From the IMG/VR virus record IMGVR_UViG_3300022670_000072, positions 1 through 36,941 of that record: a stretch of 36,941 nucleotides of DNA. One strand, written 5' to 3'. Under the pieces are notes generated by a model, which saw nothing but the letters and a program-made list of their open reading frames with translations, did no database searches and was not told the DNA's origin. Positions 1 to 9,591 of this stretch are shown piece after piece (positions within the stretch are counted from its first letter, which is position 1; each line of letters begins with the position of its first letter). The position numbers were made by a program, and so were the translations under genes. This stretch comes from a virus.

Positions 1-144
1 TCAAGAGTTTATCATTGCTATGCGTGGTAAACTGTTAAACGAGTTTGAAAGCACTGGTCTTGATGATGACAAGGAAAGATCTAACGCTTGGCAGAAGTCA
101 CAAATATTAAATAGCTTTTTAGAAGAGTTCACCAAGGCTATTAA
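1..144. repeat. Exact 144-bp terminal duplication (1..144 = 36798..36941). This is either a circular-assembly overlap or terminal redundancy.
   Basis: The window starts TCAAGAGTTTATCATTGCTATGCGTGG... The same string runs from 36798 to the last base. Confidence 0.95.
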
Positions 145-208
145 AAAAGGTAAGGACGCTAGAACATTACTAGAACGAGCAAAAGACCAAATCAGAAACA
201 TTATTTAA
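1..208 (+). CDS. Small head-module protein, 3' part. It is the same gene as 36721..36941, continued across the circular junction, and is about 95 aa when joined.
   Basis: The open frame runs from base 1 to a stop at 206-208. It is identical to the ORF that starts at ATG 36721, which overlaps the portal stop as ATGA. The gene sits between portal and scaffold. Confidence 0.6.
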   Translation, partial: QEFIIAMRGKLLNEFESTGLDDDKERSNAWQKSQILNSFLEEFTKAIKKGKDARTLLERAKDQIRNII

Positions 209-233
209 CCGTCAATAACCGTAAGGACTGACA
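209..233 (+). promoter_or_regulatory. Conserved pre-start element, copy A (CCGTCAATAACC-GTAAGGACTGACA). It includes the AAGGA ribosome-binding site.
   Basis: Nearly the same 25-26 nt string recurs at 30646..30671 just before the small terminase ATG. Confidence 0.5.
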
Positions 234-236
234 ACA

Positions 237-1190
237 ATGGCTACACCAGAACAAGAATATTTAGAAACCAGAAAGCAAGCTAGGGGTGAGCAGGAATCAG
301 CTAATGATCAACCTGCGAATACTGAAGCTGTCGATGTGTCGCAAGATGCACCAGTTGATGAAGTAATCGAATCAGAGGTAATCACCAATGAAGAAGTTAC
401 AACGGAGACTGAAGAACCAGCGGAAGAAGTTACAACAGCACAAGCGAATGATGAGGAAACAGACCTTCTTTACTATGATATTGATGATGAAGAAGTAAGC
501 TTAGACCAAATCAAAGAGTGGAAAGCTAATGGACTGATGCAAGCTGATTATACTCGCAAGACGCAATCCCATGCCGAAGATGTGAAAACATTTAACGCTG
601 ATAAAGAGTCTTTCACTGCAAAGCAATCTGAATTCAATGACAAACTCGCACAACTTAACGCGATGATTGAAGAAGATACGCCAAGCGCTGAAATACTTGC
701 TGAATGGCGAGAGTATGAACCGGAAAAGTATATCGAACACACTGAAAAAATGGATAACCGTAAGAAGCTATTAGCCTCGTCTAAAGCAGAGTTACCAGTT
801 CAAGGTGTAGATATGGCGAAAGTGAGCGCTGACTTATTTGCTGCACATCCCGAATGGATGGTAGACGGCAAGCAAAGTAAGCAGTTTACAGACGATACCA
901 ACTTGATGACGGCTTATGCTGACACTCGCGGTATTGGTCAAGCTGAGCTTTCTTCTTTTGACGCGCGACACTATGAAATCATGTTAGATGCCGCACGTTA
1001 TAAATCGCAAAATAGCAAAAATGCAGCGATTGAAAAGAAAGTACGCAAAGCGCCGGTAAGTACGAAACCAAGAGCGAAAGCTAATCACAGCATACAAGAT
1101 GAAATAAAGATTGTTCAAACCAGATATAATCAAAACGGTAACGACAAAGACTTTTTATTATTGCGTAAGCTAAACCGACAACTTAAGTAA
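237..1190 (+). CDS. Scaffolding protein (putative)
   Basis: 317 aa with a very acidic N-terminal third and a helical, charged remainder. It lies between portal and major capsid as in P22-like phages. AAGGA sits 9 nt upstream of the ATG. Confidence 0.7.
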   Translation: MATPEQEYLETRKQARGEQESANDQPANTEAVDVSQDAPVDEVIESEVITNEEVTTETEEPAEEVTTAQANDEETDLLYYDIDDEEVSLDQIKEWKANGLMQADYTRKTQSHAEDVKTFNADKESFTAKQSEFNDKLAQLNAMIEEDTPSAEILAEWREYEPEKYIEHTEKMDNRKKLLASSKAELPVQGVDMAKVSADLFAAHPEWMVDGKQSKQFTDDTNLMTAYADTRGIGQAELSSFDARHYEIMLDAARYKSQNSKNAAIEKKVRKAPVSTKPRAKANHSIQDEIKIVQTRYNQNGNDKDFLLLRKLNRQLK

Positions 1191-1201
1191 GGTAAATTAT
1201 T

Positions 1202-2158
1202 ATGACAACCCCTACAAATGCAACCAGTACATATGACGCCATTGGTAATCGTGAAGATTTAATCAATAACATTTATAATATCGCGCCAACAACTACCCCT
1301 TTTATCAGTGGTATTTCTCGCGGCCCTGCAAATGCAACTAACCATGAGTGGCAAACTCAAGACTTAGCCGCAGCAGATGACACTAACGCACAAATTGAAG
1401 GTAATGACGCGACAACAACTGCTTCAACCCCTTCTGTACGTTTAGGTAATCAAACGCAAATCTCTGATAAAGTCCCACAAGTAACACGCACGCAGCGTCA
1501 AGTTGATAGCGCTGGTCGTGGTGACGAGATGGATTATCAAATAATGCTTAAGACTAAAGAGCTTAAGCGCGACATGGAAAAGGTTATCTTAGCTAACAAA
1601 GCCAAGGTTGCCGGTTCAACTGCTGCCGCACGTATTTGTGCAGGTGTTGAATCATGGTTAGCCACTAACTTTGATGGCGGTGTTGGTGCTGTTGCTCCAA
1701 CTGGTGACGGTACAGATGTTAACACGCCAGGAACTAACCGATCGTTTGCTGAGTCTCAACTTAAATCAGTATTATCATCTTGTTTCGATGAGGGCGGAGA
1801 GCCTGATACGATTATGGTTGGTTCAACTATCAAGCAAGCTATGTCAGGCATTGTAAATGGTGGCACATCAGGCGCAGCTCAGCGCGTTGTTGATGGTAAC
1901 GCGGCAACAGTTCACACAGCTATCGACATTTACGTGTCGGACTTTGGTTCACTGGCTGTTATCCCTAACCGTTTCCAAGTTCAAACTTCAATGTTAGTTC
2001 TTGATATGAATATGTGGTCACTTGCTACTTTGGCAGACTTCCAAGAAACTCCACTAGCTAAAAACGGTGATTCAGATCGCGTACAATTGCTTTCTGAGTA
2101 TACGTTAGAAGCTAAAAACGAAAAATCAAGTGGTATCATTACCGCATTAACTTCATAG
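1202..2158 (+). CDS. Major capsid protein (HK97-fold type)
   Basis: 318 aa. The N-terminus ...GNREDLINNIYNIAPTTTPFISGI...NHEWQTQDL matches the conserved N-terminal signature of a widespread podovirus/Mu-like capsid family. It follows the scaffold gene directly. Confidence 0.85.
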   Translation: MTTPTNATSTYDAIGNREDLINNIYNIAPTTTPFISGISRGPANATNHEWQTQDLAAADDTNAQIEGNDATTTASTPSVRLGNQTQISDKVPQVTRTQRQVDSAGRGDEMDYQIMLKTKELKRDMEKVILANKAKVAGSTAAARICAGVESWLATNFDGGVGAVAPTGDGTDVNTPGTNRSFAESQLKSVLSSCFDEGGEPDTIMVGSTIKQAMSGIVNGGTSGAAQRVVDGNAATVHTAIDIYVSDFGSLAVIPNRFQVQTSMLVLDMNMWSLATLADFQETPLAKNGDSDRVQLLSEYTLEAKNEKSSGIITALTS

Positions 2159-2205
2159 GAATAACAACAAGGGCAAGGACGCCCACTAATTCAAGGTAAA
2201 GTATC

Positions 2206-2361
2206 ATGGCTAAATATATTGTAGATAAAGGTTTTCGCGCACTTGAGAAAGACTCAAAGATGCACCGAAAAGGTGACATAGTTGAATTGTCAGGTAAAGA
2301 ATTGGAATTTGCACATGATAATAAGTGTGTGTCAAAAGTAAAAGAAGAAGAAGCAAAGTAA
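2206..2361 (+). CDS. Small hypothetical protein (51 aa), below the ORF-track cutoff
   Basis: ATG 2206 to TAA 2359-2361 gives MAKYIVDKGFRALEKDSKMHRKGDIVELSGKELEFAHDNKCVSKVKEEEAK. It fills the capsid-downstream gap on the operon strand. Confidence 0.45.
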   Translation: MAKYIVDKGFRALEKDSKMHRKGDIVELSGKELEFAHDNKCVSKVKEEEAK

Positions 2362-2401
2362 ATTTAATGCGGTGAAAGGCCGCTTTATATAAGGGTTTAA
2401 A

Positions 2402-2728
2402 ATGTACGCTAGAGATGAACAAACCGACATTATAGAGAAATACTCTAAAAATTCAGATGGTAAAATTGAAGTTTATCAGTCACAAGATGTTAAGCCATTT
2501 CTAGAGCATAACAAAAAGTTTGAATCTGCGACAGGGCAAGGTTTTAAAGGCGAATGGCATCGGATGGCATCAATACCGCCAATTGTTATTGTACAGTGGA
2601 CAGAAGAATTAAAGAGAAAGGCCGCAGATTGTATAAACCCTTTAGATAAGCAAAACAGAAAGTTTCTGCTTGCTATGCTTAACTCTCCTGAGTGGAATAA
2701 ACTAAGAACTAAACAAGGTGTAATCTAA
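2402..2728 (+). CDS. Hypothetical head-module protein
   Basis: 108-aa ORF on the operon strand. Its stop overlaps the next start (TAATG). Confidence 0.6.
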   Translation: MYARDEQTDIIEKYSKNSDGKIEVYQSQDVKPFLEHNKKFESATGQGFKGEWHRMASIPPIVIVQWTEELKRKAADCINPLDKQNRKFLLAMLNSPEWNKLRTKQGVI

Positions 2729-3354
2729 TGGCTATAGCTGACTTTGATGAACTGCAAAAAGAGATTGTCGAATGGTCGCACCGTGGCGATTTAGGTAAAA
2801 AGATAATCACCTTTATACAGCTAGCTGAAAACGCTATGTACTCAAATGACCAAGAAGTGCTAGCCGTTAGAAGTATGGAAACCGTATCGACTGCCGCGAC
2901 TGCTGGTCAGTATGTAGAGTTACCGCCTAACTTTGAATCAGCGCGCAGTATTAGATTGGTTACTGGTGATAATGGCGGCGAATTAAGATTCCAAGCGCCC
3001 GAGCAAATGCACAAGCATGTTGCTACAGGTCGACCAACTTTCTTTACTATTGTAGGTAATGAAATTCAGCTAGATAGAGTGCCTGATTCCGAATACACAT
3101 TAGAGATTCAATACTACCGTAAAGCCACAGCACTGAGTGATAACAACTTAACTAATGAAATACTAACCAGCCATCCAAGTATCTATCTATTTGGCGCATT
3201 GACCGCCCTATTCAGTTATTCACAAGATACCGAGCAGCATTTAAAATATAACGGTATGTTTATCAGTGCCATCAAAGGCGCAAACAAAGCAGATAAAAAA
3301 GGTCGTTACGGGCCAGCTCCAGCAATGAGCCTTGACCGTGGGATGATAGTATGA
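2728..3354 (+). CDS. Head-tail adaptor protein (putative, P22 gp4 position)
   Basis: 208 aa. The pattern ...EIVEWSHRGDL...FIQLAENAM...YVELPPNFESARSI...FFTIVGNEIQLDRVPDSEYTLEIQYY...HPSIYLFGAL resembles phage adaptor/connector families. It lies directly upstream of the gp10-like gene. Confidence 0.6.
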   Translation: MAIADFDELQKEIVEWSHRGDLGKKIITFIQLAENAMYSNDQEVLAVRSMETVSTAATAGQYVELPPNFESARSIRLVTGDNGGELRFQAPEQMHKHVATGRPTFFTIVGNEIQLDRVPDSEYTLEIQYYRKATALSDNNLTNEILTSHPSIYLFGALTALFSYSQDTEQHLKYNGMFISAIKGANKADKKGRYGPAPAMSLDRGMIV

Positions 3355-4781
3355 CCTTTCAAACAATACCCGTACAAGTTACGGGGCCATCATATCAAAG
3401 CAGGTCTAAGCCTTTATCAAGTCAGGTTACACAAAGCTGGTACCCTCAACTTAGCGAGCTAGGCAAAGACCAATTTGTATTAATGCCATTCCCAGGGCTT
3501 AAAGTATCAGGTAGTGCGGCAGGTATTGATCGCGGCTTTAATCGTATGGCTGAAATATTATATCAAGTCAAAGGTACTTCACTGTATGAGATTGACAGGC
3601 TAGGCAATCACACCTTGCGAGGCACTATACCTGGCACTGGTCGCGCTATTATTGCCAACGATGGCATTAATATGTTTATCGTTGCAGACTTAAAGGTCTG
3701 GAAATACACGACCGACACCAATGCAGTGACCGAAGTTACCAACGTAAATATTACAGGTGCAAAGTCCGTTGATTTCTTTAACAACCAATTCATTTACACG
3801 TTTGATAAATTTTCCACTGTCTCAGATGTTGGTAACGGTGGCGAGGCTAGCGGTTTAAATATCATTGGCGAGGAAACTTTGCCAGATGATTTAGTAAGGG
3901 ATTATGTATTTGACGAAGTTATTTATCGTTGTGGTGTTCGCTCTATTGTTGGTTGGTACAATTCAGGTATTGGCGCGCCTCCTATTGCTAAGCTACAAGG
4001 CCGTATATTTACTGTTGGCCTCGCTGCTATAAACTCAATAGACCAAACTGACCAAGCATTTTACTGGTTAGGTGATGATTTTTCTATATATCGATCATCA
4101 GCCGGTAGAGAAGAAAGAATAAGCACCGATGCAATATCAAACGAGATTCAAAAATATTCAAGAGTTGACGATGCTATCGGTAATACGTTTACATTTGAGG
4201 GCCAAAACTTCTACTCGATAACCTTTCCTTCAGGCAATAAAACATTTGTCATTAGTGAGCTGTTAGGCGTTAACGGTTGGTTTGAATTATCTTCAGGTGT
4301 TAATAACCCCAATCAATCAAGCAAATATCAAGGCACATCAATCATTAGTGCTTATGGTAAAAACTTTGTCGCTGATGTTGATAACGGTAACGTTTATGAA
4401 TTAGATTTAAATGCCTTCACCAATAACGGCGAACCATTGCAGCGCATCAGAGTAACACAGGCCGCAAACGGTGACTTACTTGGCGCCAAAGGTAAGCTAA
4501 TTCAAATGTCATGCTTAAAGCTAATCATGGAGACTGGTGTCGGTGTAATTGACGGTCAAGGGGATGACCCTCGTATTATTATTGAATACAGTGACGATGG
4601 TGGCAGAACATGGAACGCTGGCTCATGGCCTAGAGTTGGGCGATTGGGTGAGTTTACGTTACAAGTCGAATGGTTTGATTTAGGTTCTTTTTATGATCGT
4701 ATATTTCGCATATCAACCACTGACCCTGTAAACTATACGATATATTCAGCAACTATTGATCTTCGACTTGCAGGTAAATAA
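3351..4781 (+). CDS. Tail hub / packaged-DNA stabilization protein (P22 gp10-like)
   Basis: 476 aa, compared with 472 aa for P22 gp10. The C-terminus ...YSDDGGRTWNAGSWPRVGRLGEFTLQVEWFDLGSFYDRIFRISTTDPVNYTIYSATIDLRL parallels the gp10 C-terminal pattern. Gene order also agrees. Confidence 0.7.
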   Translation: MTFQTIPVQVTGPSYQSRSKPLSSQVTQSWYPQLSELGKDQFVLMPFPGLKVSGSAAGIDRGFNRMAEILYQVKGTSLYEIDRLGNHTLRGTIPGTGRAIIANDGINMFIVADLKVWKYTTDTNAVTEVTNVNITGAKSVDFFNNQFIYTFDKFSTVSDVGNGGEASGLNIIGEETLPDDLVRDYVFDEVIYRCGVRSIVGWYNSGIGAPPIAKLQGRIFTVGLAAINSIDQTDQAFYWLGDDFSIYRSSAGREERISTDAISNEIQKYSRVDDAIGNTFTFEGQNFYSITFPSGNKTFVISELLGVNGWFELSSGVNNPNQSSKYQGTSIISAYGKNFVADVDNGNVYELDLNAFTNNGEPLQRIRVTQAANGDLLGAKGKLIQMSCLKLIMETGVGVIDGQGDDPRIIIEYSDDGGRTWNAGSWPRVGRLGEFTLQVEWFDLGSFYDRIFRISTTDPVNYTIYSATIDLRLAGK

Positions 4782-4783
4782 TT

Positions 4784-5197
4784 ATGGCTATTGAAGTTAA
4801 CCCGCTTCCCCTTCTGAAAATCCCTAGGAAATTCCTAGCAGACCCAGAAACAAGGGCATTCATTGAGCAGCAGAACACCATTATATTTCAGTTACGGAAT
4901 AGAACAGGTGGTAACGTTGATGTAGTAGGCGGTAACGCTGAAGGTGTAGCAGAAAACGCAGCAGACATACTGGTAAATACTGGATTAATAGCGGATAACG
5001 CCGATGCAATCAGCGATAACACCGACTTGATCAATATCAACTCAGGTTTAATTGATGAAATCCCTATCTATTCGGGCTTTATGGCACAAATACAATTCTT
5101 ACAAAGACAGTTTGATGGTTTACCAGAGTTTACTATTGACACATCAGGCTTTACAACAGACTTAACCTTTATAACTACCGACAAGGTGATCGCATAA
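4784..5197 (+). CDS. Virion protein with Asn/Ile heptad repeats. It is a possible trimeric needle or fibre-stalk protein.
   Basis: 137 aa with five consecutive heptads: ENAADIL VNTGLIA DNADAIS DNTDLIN INSGLID. It occupies the position of the P22 gp26 needle. Confidence 0.5.
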   Translation: MAIEVNPLPLLKIPRKFLADPETRAFIEQQNTIIFQLRNRTGGNVDVVGGNAEGVAENAADILVNTGLIADNADAISDNTDLININSGLIDEIPIYSGFMAQIQFLQRQFDGLPEFTIDTSGFTTDLTFITTDKVIA

Positions 5198-6612
5198 TGG
5201 CACAGCAAAATATAAACATTGGCGCGGCAGATACTAAAGCGGGTGATACCTTATTTTCAGCATTCACAAAAACTGAAGCTAACTTTACTGAGCTATATTC
5301 TAGGTTATCATTAGACCAGTTACAGATGCTTTATGTAGCTAAAGCGGGTAACGATTCAAACACAGGTTTAAATGCTAATGAGCCGTTTCTAACAATAGGT
5401 GCGGCGATAACCGCTGCTTCATTATTAACCCCCGCTGAGGACAATCAAATAACAATTAAGGTTGTTGATACAGGTACTTACCTTGAAAGCGTTGACTTGC
5501 CTGAATGGGTTCACATTGACGCAGGTAATGCCGCATTAGATGGGCGGTTGACAGTATCAGACAATACTATAACTAGCTTTAGGCGGCTACAACACTCCAC
5601 TAATTCGACACAGCCTGTCACAAGAAAGGTAGCCGGTCTAGGCTTTGCTAAACTAGCAGTTGAATTGCTTATAGTCGCAGGATCAAACCAAGAAGGGTTA
5701 CTTGTTGATATGGGAGTAATGCACATTGACGCCGGTGTCATCTCAGTAGATGCAGGAACAGGGATAAAAGCAAAGAACGGTAGCAGAGTATCGTTTATTG
5801 TTTCAGAGGTTCAATTGATAGATGGCGGCTTAGGTATAGGCACAAGAACAGCTGGCGGTGGTGCAAACTTCTTTTCTGGTAATGTTCTATACGCTAAGGA
5901 TGATGGTTCAGGTGTATTATTAGAGTCAAGGGTTACTGGTGATGTTATTAATATTCAGGCTGGCTCACTTATTGTTGACACTCTTTATGATATGGCGGCT
6001 AACACTACTTTAAATATGTTTGCTACAGAGGCTTCAGGAACAGAAACAGCAGACCCAGCAGCGACCATAAATGTCACAATATCAGGCGTGTCTAATTTTA
6101 TTCCTACTACAGACATAATTATAGACAGAGTATTAGAAGCCGTTAGTTTAGCTACTAGCCAAGAGCCAACAGGCCTAGGTATTGCAAACTCTATAATGGT
6201 GGAGTTTGGGGCTGCACAATTTACAGTTTCCGATCCTGTAATGATTGATGTTAATGGGAAAGTTACCTTTAATGTTGCCGGAATGTATCGCGTCAAGTCT
6301 GTTTTCCAGTTTGGACGGACAGGTGCTAGCGGAACCTCAGAGGTGTTATTTAGATTACTAGTTGACGGTATTCAATTGGGTCGTAGTGTTGGTGTTAAGC
6401 TCGGTAACTCTGACGTGTTGAATTATATCGACATAGATAACTGGTTTAATGTTCCAGCGGGTACAGAGTTAGAGACTGAAATGATGCGCGATAACTCAGG
6501 TAATAATAGCGGTGGTATATTCAAAACAGAGCCTACTGATGAGGGTGCAGGAACTTGGAGCGAAGTTCCTTGTACTGTATTACGTATTGAAAGATGGGCA
6601 TCACCAACATAA
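5197..6612 (+). CDS. Tail fibre / receptor-binding protein
   Basis: 471 aa. The N-terminus ...NINIGAADTKAGDTLFSAFTKTEANFTELY is the common phage tail-fibre N-terminal motif. The middle is Gly/Val/Ile-rich and beta-helix-like. Confidence 0.7.
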   Translation: MAQQNINIGAADTKAGDTLFSAFTKTEANFTELYSRLSLDQLQMLYVAKAGNDSNTGLNANEPFLTIGAAITAASLLTPAEDNQITIKVVDTGTYLESVDLPEWVHIDAGNAALDGRLTVSDNTITSFRRLQHSTNSTQPVTRKVAGLGFAKLAVELLIVAGSNQEGLLVDMGVMHIDAGVISVDAGTGIKAKNGSRVSFIVSEVQLIDGGLGIGTRTAGGGANFFSGNVLYAKDDGSGVLLESRVTGDVINIQAGSLIVDTLYDMAANTTLNMFATEASGTETADPAATINVTISGVSNFIPTTDIIIDRVLEAVSLATSQEPTGLGIANSIMVEFGAAQFTVSDPVMIDVNGKVTFNVAGMYRVKSVFQFGRTGASGTSEVLFRLLVDGIQLGRSVGVKLGNSDVLNYIDIDNWFNVPAGTELETEMMRDNSGNNSGGIFKTEPTDEGAGTWSEVPCTVLRIERWASPT

Positions 6613-6624
6613 TAGGGTTGAACA

Positions 6625-6951
6625 ATGGCTACTAAACAATTAACTGATAACTTTTTAAATACTATCGTTGACACTGTTCAGGTGGCATTTTCTGCCCCTG
6701 TTGATAAAGATGTTGTTATTGATGTTTTCACGGTAACTAATAACTCTTTAGTTAATGCGAGTTATAAAGCTTATGTGAAATCTGCTTCAGGTGCTTTGGT
6801 GCCAATCATACCGTTTAAGATCGTGGTATGGGGTGAGAATGATTTGGGTATTGGCATCGTTAACCAGGTAATACCGGCGGGTGGTTCGTTACAGGTTGAA
6901 TCATCGGCGTTAATTTCTTTATACTTTACCGCTTCAGGTCGTGAGTTATGA
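6625..6951 (+). CDS. Hypothetical virion-module protein
   Basis: 108-aa ORF on the operon strand. Its stop overlaps the next start. Confidence 0.55.
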   Translation: MATKQLTDNFLNTIVDTVQVAFSAPVDKDVVIDVFTVTNNSLVNASYKAYVKSASGALVPIIPFKIVVWGENDLGIGIVNQVIPAGGSLQVESSALISLYFTASGREL

Positions 6952-7382
6952 TCATTAAAGAGTGTCATAATATTGACGATATTAAAGCGGTGCTTTGTCA
7001 CCCTGAAATATACGACACTATATCAAGCGACGAATGCCCGAAATCAGAAGATTTTGAGCCACCAATGACTGAAGAGTATTGCTATATAGTCGGTTACGTG
7101 AAAGGCGAGCCTATTGGTGTTATGATATACCATAAGTACAAAAACGGTAATGAGTGCCATGTGCAAGTCTTACCGCAGCATAGAAAAGAACACGCGATTA
7201 ACTTCGGACAACAATCCCTTGAGTTTCGGGGAACTGTACCACTTTACGCAGAGATACCAGATTTATATAAAAACGTTTTAGATTTTGCTTTGTTGAATAA
7301 CTTTGAAGTTATCGAGGTAAAAGAAAACGACTATATAAAGAATGGTAAAACATATAACGTAAATGTATTGAGGTATAAGTAA
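6948..7382 (+). CDS. GNAT-fold-like small protein (P22 gp14 position)
   Basis: 144 aa. The segment ...YIVGYVKGEPIGVMIYHKYKNGNECHVQVLPQHRKEHAINFGQQ... resembles an acetyltransferase-like core without a clear Q/RxxGxG motif. It lies immediately upstream of the three large internal-protein genes. Confidence 0.5.
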   Translation: MIIKECHNIDDIKAVLCHPEIYDTISSDECPKSEDFEPPMTEEYCYIVGYVKGEPIGVMIYHKYKNGNECHVQVLPQHRKEHAINFGQQSLEFRGTVPLYAEIPDLYKNVLDFALLNNFEVIEVKENDYIKNGKTYNVNVLRYK

Positions 7383-8374
7383 TGGGCTTTGTCCGGAATC
7401 TTACAGGTAAAACATCAGCAAAAGCAGCCATAAGAGGCGGCGAGATACAAAGTGAAGCTGCAACATTAGCAGCTGATCAAGTTGGCGTAGCAGGTCAAGA
7501 GGCTGGCTCTCTTGTTCGTAACGCTGGCGGTATTTCGCAAAGGCTAATACAGCAAGGCGGCAAGCAAGCCGGTGCTTTACTTGACCCATTCCAGCAAGTC
7601 GGGCAGCAAGGTATTGATCAAGCTGGTTTCTTAACTGACCCTCAAGCTCAATTTGACTTCTTGCAAAACAATCCTTTATTTCAATTGGGTTTAGATAATG
7701 CGAACAGGCAAACAAGCCAGTTAGCTGCATCAAGAGGCCGTTTATCTGCCGGTGACACACTAACCCAATTAAACAACAACGCATTATTAACTGCATCACC
7801 ATTAATTGCGCAACAAAAGCAATCTATCGGTGACTTGTTAAATCTTGGTCAAAGCACAGCGCTTAGTCAAGGCGGTATCCTGCAAAATACAGCGGGCGGA
7901 AGGTCTAACATCATTCAAAACTCAGCGCTTAATCAGGCTAACATTTTACAAGGTACGGCGGCAAATCAAGGTAACTTATTAACAGGTGCAGCGGCAGCAG
8001 AGGCGGCGGGGCTTGTTGGTGCTGCTAACGCTAGAAGCTCAGGCGCAGCAAACGTTCTAAGTTTAGGCGCTCAGATTGCTGGTGCTGCATTTGGTGGTGC
8101 TGGTGGTGCTTCTGGTGGTACACCAGGCGCATTTAGTAATAGCATAGGCGACTTTTCAGACCCCGCACTAAAAGAAAACATTACCTTAATAGGTGTCGAG
8201 AATGGATTTAATATCTACTCTTGGGATTGGAATGGCAAAGCTATAGAGTTAGGCTTATCCGGCTCTAATAATGGCGTAATGGCTGATGAAGTATTAAGTA
8301 AAGAGCCTAAAGCTATATCTATTGATAGAGGGTACATGAAAGTCAACTATGAAATGATAGGAGTATCTCACTAA
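7382..8374 (+). CDS. Gln/Gly/Ala-rich internal or ejection-position protein. It carries a C-terminal peptidase S74-type intramolecular chaperone domain.
   Basis: 330 aa with a low-complexity Q/N/G/A body. The C-terminus SDPALKENITLIG...YSWDW...GVMADEVLSKEPKAISIDRGYMKVNYEMIG (nt 8156..8371) matches the SDxxxK autocleavage/chaperone domain of endosialidases and fibres. Confidence 0.7.
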   Translation: MGFVRNLTGKTSAKAAIRGGEIQSEAATLAADQVGVAGQEAGSLVRNAGGISQRLIQQGGKQAGALLDPFQQVGQQGIDQAGFLTDPQAQFDFLQNNPLFQLGLDNANRQTSQLAASRGRLSAGDTLTQLNNNALLTASPLIAQQKQSIGDLLNLGQSTALSQGGILQNTAGGRSNIIQNSALNQANILQGTAANQGNLLTGAAAAEAAGLVGAANARSSGAANVLSLGAQIAGAAFGGAGGASGGTPGAFSNSIGDFSDPALKENITLIGVENGFNIYSWDWNGKAIELGLSGSNNGVMADEVLSKEPKAISIDRGYMKVNYEMIGVSH

Positions 8375-9591
8375 TGGCAATCGACCCTAGAATAGCGCTA
8401 CAAGGTCAAGTAGCAAGCATTGCACCAGCTATAAATATATTTGAAAACGCATTGATGAACGCTCAAACGCGAGATATCAGAGCGCAACAAGCACAACGCG
8501 CCCAAGAGTTAGTACCTTTTCAATTACAGCAAGCACAGCAAGGTGTTGATATTAATCAGCAGACTCTAAATCAAAATAGAGACACGCAACGTTTAACTAA
8601 CCTGCATCAAACAGGGCAACGCTTAAAGCCTTTCCTTGAAAGTAACGATATACAAGGCGCACAACAATTCTTGCTTGATAACATCGCTCAAATACAAACA
8701 CGTATTGAGCAGGGTTCAGGCGAAGACGTTACCGAGTCAATGGAAACGTTAGCCAAGTTACAAACCGGTGATACTCAAGGTGTACTAGGTGATATTGAGG
8801 CGGTTTCTAGTTTAGTAAATCAAAGTAGTGCCACAGCAGGCCAAAGAGAATTTACTTCTCTAACTACCGGATTATCAGAAGAGGACAAAACAAAAGCGGC
8901 GCGGATTAAATTAAGATTAGACGCAGGTGCCTCATTAACTGGTCAAGAGCGAATAGCTTTAAATAACGAGCTAGGCGAAAAGGTTGTCAAACAATTAGAA
9001 GCGGAAGCCGGAGCTAAAGAGGGTGGAAAACTTAAGCAGCAACGCAAACATCTACCAACACTAAGAAAAGAAATTAAACTAGCAGAGACGGCAGCGGCAG
9101 AGCGAGGCGAGGTATTAACAGACTTATCCAGAATGAACGCAGGTCTACCAGGCCTATTAGATGCGGTAGCTCAGTTAAAAGAGTTATCTGCATTAGCTAC
9201 TAGTAATTTCTTAGGTGGGGTTTTTGACGCAGCGGTAAAACAGACAGGCTTCGGATCAACAAAAGGCTCTACAGCTAAAGCTAAAATGGTGGCAATTATA
9301 GCCAACCAAACACTACCTTTATTAAAAGAAACTTTCGGCTCTGCATTCACTGAGGCAGAGGGCGCAAGGCTAGAAGCTTCATTTGCAAATCCAGATTCCA
9401 CACACGAAGAAAGGCTAGCTCAGTTAGATGCGTTTATAGACCAAAAAACAAGAACAATAAAAGCAAAAGAAACTCAGTTAGGTGTTGTACCAACAGAAAG
9501 CGCAAATAATGCCGATGTTCCAGATGTTGATATTTCAACGCTATCAATCGAAGAGTTAATTGCAGAAAGAAACAGACTAGGTGGTCAATAA
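8374..9591 (+). CDS. Internal virion / ejection protein (putative, gp20 position)
   Basis: 405 aa, Gln-rich and helical. It has ATG/stop overlaps on both sides within the structural operon. Confidence 0.55.
   Translation: MAIDPRIALQGQVASIAPAINIFENALMNAQTRDIRAQQAQRAQELVPFQLQQAQQGVDINQQTLNQNRDTQRLTNLHQTGQRLKPFLESNDIQGAQQFLLDNIAQIQTRIEQGSGEDVTESMETLAKLQTGDTQGVLGDIEAVSSLVNQSSATAGQREFTSLTTGLSEEDKTKAARIKLRLDAGASLTGQERIALNNELGEKVVKQLEAEAGAKEGGKLKQQRKHLPTLRKEIKLAETAAAERGEVLTDLSRMNAGLPGLLDAVAQLKELSALATSNFLGGVFDAAVKQTGFGSTKGSTAKAKMVAIIANQTLPLLKETFGSAFTEAEGARLEASFANPDSTHEERLAQLDAFIDQKTRTIKAKETQLGVVPTESANNADVPDVDISTLSIEELIAERNRLGGQ

Noticed and set aside
2159-2185. A possible third copy of the pre-start element (AATAAC...AAGGAC) after the capsid gene, and a partial match at 28397..28412.
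   Set aside because: Only the short AATAAC and AAGGA-type pieces match, and the spacing differs. This is not enough to call additional copies without a search.
7401-7802. 133-aa minus-strand ORF inside the 330-aa structural gene. Similar antisense ORFs occur at 501..740, 1537..1725, 5985..6296, 9171..9401, 10057..10269, 13001..13255 and 35038..35373.
   Set aside because: These lie fully inside long, well-supported plus-strand genes. They lack ribosome-binding sites and have odd, low-complexity composition. They are typical shadow ORFs.
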